NCBI GenBank assembly: GCA_950097015.1
Contig: CATNEN010000012.1
Coordinates: forward strand, 1,922,001 to 1,986,000
Source: Macrostomum hystrix
Lineage: Eukaryota > Animalia > Platyhelminthes
Direction: 5' to 3'
Length of the DNA: 64,000 nucleotides
Shown: positions 50,501 to 60,960 of the stretch, piece after piece
How the letters are laid out: the number at the start of each line of letters is the position of its first letter
Numbering within the stretch: the first letter of the stretch is position 1
Notes under the pieces: model-generated
Database searches by the model: none
The model's input: only the letters and a program-made list of their open reading frames with translations
Told to the model about the DNA's origin: nothing
Position numbers and translations under genes: made by a program

Positions 50501-53500
50501 GACTCATCTAGAACTGTGAGATTGACTCATCTAGAACTGTGAGATTGACTCATCTAGAACTGTGAGATTGACTCATCTAGAACTGTGAGATTGACTCATC
50601 TAGAGCTGTGAGATTGACTCATCTAGAACTGTGAGATTGACTCATCTAGAACTGTGAGATTGACTCATCTAGAACTGTGAGATTGACTCATCTAGAACTG
50701 TGAGATTGACTCGTCTAGAACTGTGAGATTGACTCGTCTAGAACTGTGAGATTGACTCATCTAGAACTGTGAGATTGACTCATCTAGAACTGTGAGATTG
50801 ACTCATCTAGAACTGTGAGATTGACTCATCTAGAACTGTGAGATTGACTCATCTAGAGCTGTGAGATTGACTCGTCTAGAACTGTGAGATTGACTCATCT
50901 AGAACTGTGAGATTGACTCATCTAGAACTGTGAGATTGACTCATCTAGAACTGTGAGATTGACTCATCTAGAACTGTGAGATTGACTCATCTAGAACTGT
51001 GAGATTGACTCATCTAGAACTGTGAGATTGACTCATCTAGAACTGTGAGATTGACTCATCTAGAGCTGTGAGATTGACTCATCTAGAACTGTGAGATTGA
51101 CTCATCTAGAACTGTGAGATTGACTCATCTGTAGCTCACCTCAGTCTCGTCCAGCTGCTCAGATGCAGTTTCGATGTCAGATTTCGCATCTTCGACAACA
51201 GACTTGAACAGCGATGGTGCCATGCCTTTGGTGTCGAACTGTCGCATGAAGACATCGTACCTGACCAGGCCGTCAGAGTTCAGCGGCAGCTTGTCAACGA
51301 ATTCACGATACTGGGCGTCCGTCAGCTCGAAGCCGAAACGACTCTCCATCACGGCGCGGAACTCCTCCTGGCTGATGACGCTCAGGCCGTGACGATCGAT
51401 TTTCCTGTTTGAGTACAGAGAACTTTCAGTTATAAAGCAGTCAAATTTACAAGTGTTTCTGCCCAAATTCCCATTCATTCGCCCAACCTTTTCATTTTCA
51501 ATTAGTAAACTGACAAGGAAAGAAGTCACAAGGAATAAGGAACTCACTGCAATGCGGACAGCAGGGATAGAAAGTCTCTCTGGAACATGTTCATGAGCTG
51601 TTTCTCGATGGAGCTCAGGCTGCGGCTGACTTTGTCCTCCTCTTTGCTGCCAAAAAGAATGTGATAAAGCTGTCTAATTAGGGGTCACAAGCTTCCTAAT
51701 TTATGAATGTGGGCTCACCTTGGGTTATCGCTGATGCTAACCCCCTGTTCCTCAGTAAATCGCTGATGCTAACCCCCTGTTCCTCAGGAAATCGCTGATG
51801 CTAACCCCCTGTTCCTCAGGAAATCGCTGATGTTAACCCCCTGTTCCTCAGGAAATCGCTGATGCTAACCCCCTGTTCCTCAGTAAATCGCTGATGCTAA
51901 CCCCCTGTTCCTCAGTAAATCGCTGATGCTAACCCCCTGTTCCTCAGTAAATCGCTGATGCTAACCCCCTGTTCCTCAGGGAATCGCTGATGCTAACCCC
52001 CTGTTCTTCAGGGAATCGCTGATGCTAACCCCCTGTTCCTCAGGGAATCGCTGATGCTAACCCCCTGTTCCTCAGGAAATCGCTGATGCTAACCCCCTGT
52101 TCCTCAGGGAATCGCTGATGCTAACCCCCTGTTCCTCAGGAAATCGCTGATGCTAACCCCCTGTTCCTCAGGAAATCGCTGATGCTAACCCCCTGTTCCT
52201 CAGGAAATCGCTGATGCTAACCCCCTGTTCCTCAGGAAATCGCTGATTCTAACCCCCTGTTCCTCAGGAAATCGCTGATTCTAACCCCCTGTTCCTCAGG
52301 AAATCGCTGATTCTAACCCCCTGTTCCTCAGGGAATCGCTGATGCTAACCCCCTGTTCCTCAGGGAATCGCTGATGCTAACCCCCTGTTCTTCAGGAAAT
52401 CGCTGATGTTAACCCCCTGTTCCTCAGGAAATCGCTGATGCTAACCCCCTGTTCCTCAGTAAATCGCTGATGCTAACCCCCTGTTCCTCAGGGAATCGCT
52501 GATGCTAACCCCCTGTTCCTCAGGGAATCGCTGATGCTAACCCCCTGTTCCTCAGGGAATCGCTGATGCTAACCCCCTGTTCTTCAGGGAATCGCTGATG
52601 CTAACCCCCTGTTCCTCAGGGAATCGCTGATGCTAACCCCCTGTTCCTCAGGGAATCGCTGATGCTAACCCCCTGTTCTTCAGGGAATCGCTGATGCTAA
52701 CCCCCTGTTCTTCAGGGAATCGCTGATGCTAACCCCCTGTTCCTCAGGGAATCGCTGATGCTAACCCCCTGTTCCTCAGGAAATCGCTGATGTTAACACC
52801 CTGTTCCTCAGGGAATCGCTGATGCTAACCCCCTGTTCCTCAGGAAATCGCTGATGCTAACCCCCTGTTCCTCAGGGAATCGCTGATGCTAACCCCCTGT
52901 TCTTCAGGGAATCGTTGCCCCCAAGTCACAAGGCCCCTGCAGTTGCTCACTTGTGATGCGGGTTGGCCATGATTTTGTGCGCCATGCCAGCCTCGGAGCG
53001 GTCCTGGAACCTGTGCAGGAAGTCGCGGTACATAACACCGGCCTTGGTGTGTGTAACTGCGCATCGGGCCAAGAACTCGGCCAGGTGGAGCTTCTCGAGG
53101 CTCAGCGAGTGCTCGCGCAGCACAGCCAGAAAGTCGTCGTGGTTAACTAAGCCGGTCCGCTCCGGGTCTCGCGACTCGAAGCCGGACTTCAGCGTGTGGA
53201 AGCCCTCGCGAAATTTGTCCTTCAGCCAGGACTCGATGGTCAAGGAGCGCTGGCGGCTCTCCTCGGACTTCAGCGGCTGTCGGCGGATGGCAGGCGCCGG
53301 CGCGGCTGCAGCCTTGGCTCCGGCAGCTGCGTCACGATGGCTGCCGCTGCCTGAAGGCTGTTTCATCTCGATGCCCAGCTTCTTTAGCAGGGCCACCCCG
53401 TTCACTGTGCCAGTGTTGCGCGGGTCGTATCTGGGGATTTTGGGTTAGAGGGTGCTTAGATGGGATGGGATGGAATGGGATGGGATGGGATGGGATGGGA

Positions 53501-56500
53501 TAGGATGGAATGTGATGGGAAGGAATGGGATGGGATGGAATGGGATGGGATGGAATGGGATGGAATGGAATGGGATGGGATGGGATGGGATGGGATGGAA
53601 TGGGATGGGATGGGATGGGATGGGATGGGATGGGATGGGATGGGATGGGATGGGATGGGATGGGATGGGATGGGATGGGATGGAATGGAATTTGATCGGA
53701 TATGACATCATTTGGTGACAGTAGACCCGCAGCCAGCGAAGAGGCAAATCTGCCCATTCCACTGACCCCCCGAGGATACACAGGCACAGAGATTAGTTAC
53801 GAATGCGTACAATCGCACAGGTGTGTACATCTGCCCTGACGTTCTGATCGTCAGAGTTTGGCAGTGTACCCTCTCACTGTGCCCCGGGTATTGACCTTCA
53901 CAGGTGTTAACTACATACCCAGCCCCCAAGACTTCTTTCGGTAGCTGCAGATGAGTGAGATGAGATAAGTAATACATTATGTGAAAATGTGATGCATAAA
54001 TTGCTGTGAGCACATTCGACTCTTTCAAATCAATCAGCAATACCAGAAGCAGATTTAAGCTCACATCCGCCAGAGCCTCTCAAACTCGTCGTCGTCCATG
54101 GGCAGCAGCATCTTCTCCAGGGAGTTGCGCAGCTCGTGCTTCAACATTCGTCCTGTGCCACCGTCCACAAACTGGGGAAACACGTCGGCCATGTCGACAA
54201 ATCTGAGTAGTAAAAATAAATTTAGCAAATATTCTCTCTCGCCTACTGCTTAGTAGAAATTAAATCCACCACCTTTGTCTCATTCGTTCGGACAGGTTGG
54301 CATGAACCTGCTCAGCTCGCAGTCTGTTCCGCTCCAACTTCTGGCGCTGGATGGGATCCATCCAGTTGGGATATTCTCCGTCGGATTGGTCGCGCAGAGC
54401 GGCGAAGAACTCGGAGAAGTTCACAACCTGAGCTTCGCGTCTGAGTCCGATTCTTTGGAACAGCTGAGACAGGTGACGCAGGGACACAGGCCGGCCAATG
54501 GCGCTCACTATGATGCGGAGTAGGGCGTCCCTGCAGGAAGGATGGTGATTGGCTGAGGTTAGTTGAGAGTGATTTTGTGAGTGTGATTGATTGAGAGTGA
54601 TTGGATGAGAGTGATTGGATGAGAGTGATTGGATGAGTGTGATTGGTTGAGAGTGATTGGATGAGTGTGATTGGATGAGTGTGATTGGATGAGTGTGATT
54701 GGATGAGTGTGATTGGATGAGTGTGATTGGATGAGTGTGATTGGATGAGTGTGATTGGATGAGAGTGATTGGATGAGTGTGATTGGATGAGTGTGATTGG
54801 ATGAGTGTGATTGGATGAGTGTGATTGGATGAGAGTGATTGGATGAGTGTGATTGGATGAGAGTGATTGGATGAGAGTGATTGGATGAGAGTGATTGGAT
54901 GAGAGTGATTGGTTGAGAGTGATTGGATGAGAGTGATTGGATGAGAGTGATTGGATGAGAGTGATTGGATGAGAGTGATTGGATGAGAGTGATTGGATGA
55001 GAGTGATTGGATGAGAGTGATTGGTTGAGAGTGATTGGATGAGAGTGATTGGATGAGAGTGATTGGTTGAGAGTGATTGGTTGAGAGTGATTGGATGAGA
55101 GTGATTGGATGAGAGTGATTGGATGAGAGTGATTGGATGAGAGTGATTGGATGAGAGTGATTGGTTGAGAGTGATTGGATGAGAGTGATTGGTTGAGAGT
55201 GATTGGATGAGAGTGATTGGATGAGAGTGATTGGATGAGAGTGATTGGATGAGAGTGATTGGATGAGAGTGATTGGATGAGAGTGATTGGATGAGTGTGA
55301 TTGGATGAGTGTGATTGGATGAAAGTGATTGGATGAGAGTGATTGGATGAGAGTGATTGGATGAGAGTGATTGGATGAGAGTGATTGGATGAGAGTGATT
55401 GGATGAGAGTGATTTTTTAAAGAGTAGAGTAATTGTTCTTTATGTGGATTTGTTTTGTTCCAAATATTACAGTTCTGTTGGTACTGGCCGGTATATTATG
55501 TATATTTACCTACGTTCTACCTTCGATCTGGAGGAATTGCGGCAGCAACTTGATTAACTCTAGTGTCCGACAGTTTCAGCAAGCAGTGAATGCTAAAAGC
55601 GTTGACTGTGAAACAATCGATGGATCAGTTTGTTCAGCTGCCTTATCAAATCTGTTGGTTGCACTTACTTTCACGCTACCTTCCTGTGCAAATATTTAAC
55701 CAACGAAATTTTCTGTCGATCATTTTTTAATCGATCCATAGAATGAATTGCTTATGAATACTTTCTATTAAAAGTGCAACAAAATCAATATTGCGCTCGT
55801 AGAAAGAAATTTTTTTCCAATGTGGTTGAAAATCACATTGAAAAGTTCAGAGACTTCTATAATCCATTGAATTCCAAGATTTACAAATTCAATAATTAAG
55901 GAATTTTATATTAGAGCTACAGTTGATTTTACCTGGTAACGTTGCCCTTCTGCTCCGGGTCGTTAGCAATGAATCGTTTCCTCATCTCATAGTAATTGTT
56001 TCTCACTTTATCTTTGATTAGGGACTCGATCTGCGGGTGATTGCGTAGGCTGCGATAACTATTTTATCATATCGCATCTAATAACATCCATGCATATCCA
56101 TACAATTGTATCCCATCGCGTCCCATCCCATCCCATCCCATTCCATCCCATCCCATCCCATCCCATCCCATCCCATCCCATCCCATCCCATCCCATCCCA
56201 TCCCATCCCATCCCATCCCATCCCATCCCATCCGATCCCATCCCATCCCATTTTCCTCACCTCGTCCAGTTCAAGGCGAGCCGACTGGGCCGCCGAAAGG
56301 CGCGATGAATTCGACGACCTGAGCGATCTGTCGCCCTCATCGGTGCCGTTTTCCAGGCTGTGCCGAGCTCCTGGACATTGTGCAGTGTCGCACAGTTTTA
56401 TATTTGTTGTCTTAAGTGTAAACATTTTCTAATTTTGAAATTATCAACCCAAGCGACTCACTGTCAAGTGCAGCCTCGGCGGCCTGAGCGCGAACACCTG

Positions 56501-59500
56501 ACAATGTGAGAACATAGGTAACAATAAAATTAATTCAAAATCAATTAACTATGCCTCCAATATGCTGCCTACGAATCGATCAATTTCAAGCTACGACTCT
56601 TGGTACGATTCTACATATCCACATACGACTCCTGGGACGATTCTATATACGTCTTCCACCCCATCCGATGAGAATGACGATTATACAAACGACACTGCTT
56701 CTTCATTTTTAACTGCTTGGTTAGATTCTACGAGTAGTAAAGATTATTGGTACGATTCTATCTTCGATTTCTACTGCGATTCCAAATTTGACTCAAGGAA
56801 TGATTCTAGAAATTTCTCCTGGTTAGATTCTAGAAATTTCTCCTGGTTAGATTCTAGAAATTTCTCCTGGTTAGATTCTAGAAATTAATCCTGGTACGAT
56901 TCTAGAAATTAATCCTGGTTAGATTCTAGAAATTAATCCTGGTACGATTCTAGAAATTAATCCTGGTACGATTCTAGAAATGACTCCTGGTATGATTCTA
57001 GAAATGACTCCTGGTATGATTCTAGAAATGACTCCTGGTATGATTCTAGAAATTACTCCTGGTATGATTCTAGAAATTACTCCTGGTACGATTCTACATA
57101 CCATTTCTGGTTCGATTCCCATATGAGTCCTAGAATGATTCTATTATTCCATACTGCTGGTACAACTATGAATTTTGCTGCGATTCCAGCAATGGTCAGC
57201 TGTGTTTCACTCCAGCGCCATAAAGCAGCCTCGCACTGAACAACCAACAGCCTGCACTAAACATTAGACAGAACTAGGGCCAGGAAGAAAGATATCCCAC
57301 TTCAGTCGCCAAGCCAATGTCGAGAATCAAAAAGAGTTCGGATTGAAGATAAGCGCAGCATTTAGTTCGAATCCCGGCCTGCGCTGACCCAGTTTCTAGT
57401 GCACTTTCGCTTTTTTCCCCCGCCTCCTTCTGTCCATTTTCGTTCTCTTGGATTTCTACACTATGGGCGGGTCGAAAATGTATGTTTGTTCTAAAACTTA
57501 ATTATGACCTCCTCATTCATAACCTGCCCTGGAAGTTCAGAAATCCCCTAAAAAATCCCCATCTGGCTAGGCCGTTCCCAGCTGGAAAATGCCCGGGATC
57601 TGTCTGATGGGTGGAAGGCTGACTGGGGAGGGGGGTGGGTGGGATTGGACAAATGGCGAGCGGATCTGCAAAGCCAGGCTCTGGGTAACAGAAATCACCT
57701 TCAACACGGCCAAGGAGGCAGCGGCGGAGGATGGGGTATGGGCTAGTGCATACGTACACAGGACACTGGGCTAAGCCAAGTGTCATTGGCCCACAGCCTG
57801 CTAGAGAATGCAGCTCTAGAATGACTGAATGAGGGGGGGAGGTGGCAACGTAGCCCGCATAAGTGCTTGCATTCCGCTCGTTCGCCTTCTCTCGCCCCAG
57901 CTCAAACTGGCGCGCACTGTACTCCCCCCTGTCCGCCTTCTCACTTCCACACTCCCGTCTCGTTTCTCCCCCTGCCCGTGCTGGACGGACAGGCCTTTTC
58001 TAAGATCCCCAGTCAGCTCTGCAGCTCTGCAGAACTTCCCATAAGAGCTCTCTAATCAACTAGTCCGGCACCAATTTTTGTCAGGTAGAGAGAATTTGCC
58101 GTTATTAACTCGTCTCGGCATATTGGGATAAAAATGGATTCCAGATATTCATTCGCGCTGAAACAGCCCTGCTACACACAGGTGAGAAAAATTATTTGAG
58201 TTTGAGTACCACAATTAGCATGTGTTTCTATGGACAGAGTGGACAAATAACACACACGCAACAACAACGTTATTGACACACCAAACTTAACTCGTAGTAA
58301 GTGGTTTGATTTTGTTTTGACGTTGGATTACTGTATCAATTTCCAGTTCAACTGAATAATAAGTATTTAAAAAATATAGAGGTTGTAGCCTAGTGGGCAG
58401 GGCGTCGGACTCGCGACTTGAAGATCGGGGGTTCGATTCCCGACTCCACTGGAACAATTTGTGTCCTTTAGCAAGACACTTAACTCTGCATTGCTTCAGT
58501 TCACCCAGCTGTTAAATGGGTACCAGCATTGGCTGGGATAATTGAAGGTGGGTGTGGCGTCCCCCCAGTACATGGACTGAACAGCCGTACGCAGCCTTCA
58601 GATGCGCCGCGCATTAGCCGCGGCTGTGCTGTCGGCTGCACATCTGACCCCATTGGGGCAGGTGTAATAAATTATTATTATTATTATTAATTTAAAAATA
58701 GAAGCGTGCAGCAACGGCAACAACAGCAATGTTCGTGTTGCATGCTGAACTTGTATCCCAGCTCCAATGCTAATGGACTTTTATTTGTCAGCCATCACAC
58801 ACTTAAGTTACGCTCTGCTCCTTTTGTCTATGTTCCGCAGCCCACAGAGATGCATCTCTGTGGATCCCCTCAGCATGTTTACATATAAAGAAAGTCTTGT
58901 TACAAATTGTTACACGCACAAAAAGGGAATGTCACACTCCCATTAAGCATTACTTCGTCTCCATTGAGGTGCAAGCTACAGACACATCAGTTCGTCTATG
59001 GCCGCATCCTATAGCTTCCAGTATAGAAAGCTATACAACATGCCTATAGGCGGCTGTTTGCCGCACTTTGTCTATGGTAAAAACATTCACTAATGCACCG
59101 CCAAATCGTTAGTCCATGACCCCTATTCCCACCCCGGATCAACAGCAAGCATCGCAGCCTGCTCTGATCAATGCTGCTGCTCTAGCCTCGACCAATCGAA
59201 TGAACCGCGCCAACCGCGAGCCTGTGAAGACTTCTGCCTCCGCTTCTGACTGTTGTTGCTGCGGCAGCTCGCCTAGGCGCTATACTTTGAGACTGCTGCG
59301 CGGCTTGATGACGCCGAGATTCACCTGCGCCCGACGGCGCCTGCTCATTGTCAGCCTGATGTCCACCGCGGTGGCACTATACATTCTGCTGACGATGGCA
59401 ACTACTAAACCGGCATCCAGACAGTCTAGACTAATAGTTCGAGATGAAAATAAACCACTGAACCCTGGCCATTTTATTAAGAACCGACTACATAGCAAAG

Positions 59501-60886
59501 ATGGCGGTGGAGGTGCCGGAAGCAGCGGAGGTGGCGGAGGAGGCGGAGGCGGCCTCGGTCGGTCCTGGTTTCAGAAGCGCCTCTCCGAGGATCGTCTCGA
59601 CAGTCAGCGGGCCGAGGCTGTCCGCGAGATGACTAGATTCGCATGGCGCGGCTACCTGCGCCACTGCGCCTCGCCACCATTTCTAGGAAACGAGCTAGCG
59701 CCGACACACAACGCCTGCTCGCCGGCGTCTGACAATCTTGTTGGAGCGGGCCGCCTCCTGACTGTGGTGGACTCGCTGGATACCCTGCTGGTCATGGGAT
59801 TGAACCGGGAGTATCGTCAGGCCAGAGAACTCGTTCGGCGCTATTACCATCCCAGGCTGGACAACACCAGCTTAGTCAGCGTCTTCGAGACCACCATCAG
59901 AATGCTGGGCGGCCTGCTAGGCGCCTACAGCCTGACTGAGGACCAGATGTTCGCCGAGAAGGCCGCCGACCTCGGCAACAGCATGGCCTCGGCGTTTCGC
60001 GGCTTGGACAGCCTCGACTCGGAGGGTGACAGTCGGCCGATCAGGGTGGCGCAGCCCAGGATCCGACTGGGCGAACCTGGCGGCGACGGTGCGGCCGCTT
60101 CGTCGGAACAGACGGTCAACCTGGCTGAGCCTGGCTCGCTCTACCTGGAATTCGCCTACCTGGCCGAGGCAGCCAGGCAGCCGAAATTCGCCAGATGGGC
60201 CAACAAGAATCAGGCCAACCTGATGCGGGTGAGCCCGGGTTGACTTGTGAAATTTGCGAAACGATTCCTTCCGTGAAGCGGAGTTTTACGTCTTGTTCTT
60301 TAGCCTTCCTTATTCGTTCTCCAGGTGAAAACAGGACTCAACTGAATCCCACTGCACCCGAATCCCACTGCACCTGAATCCCACTCCACCCGAATCCCAC
60401 TCCACCTGAATCCCACTGCACCTGAATCCCACTGCACCTGAATCCCACTCCACCTGAATCCCACTCCACCCGAATCCTTGTTCACCTCTTAAAGAAGTGA
60501 TCTACATCTTGGAAATGTAAGGCTAATGAAAATTTTCTGTCTTCCATATAACATGAGCGTTGTGTCCATTATTAATATGTTCAGGTGTCAAACATAGACG
60601 GCGTCTATCCGATCCACATAATATTGAGGGGTCAACAGCAGCCAGAGTCCACGGACAGTTTGTACTCGGCAGGTGCTGAGGGTGACTCATTCTACGAATA
60701 CCTGGTCAAGCGCTGCTTGTTCGATTCCGAGTTGGTCGAGTCTGAGGCAGCCGCACTCGCTTGTCGCCGGGTGTTCGCTCGCTCGATGGACGGCTTAATT
60801 AAACACCTGGGCATGCAGGTGCCAGGCGGTGCTAATGGCAACCTGGCCTGCCTGATAAAGACTAGTTTGATAACGCCTGCTTCCAG

Positions 60887-60960
<74 letters not shown>

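Noticed and set aside
50079-52912. CRISPR-like arrays
   Set aside because: Repeats are contiguous with no unique spacers, there are no cas genes, and the context is eukaryotic.
58381-58452. Possible tRNA gene (also 11660-11730)
   Set aside because: A and B boxes are present, but there is no proper acceptor stem and the sequence continues into a shared SINE body.
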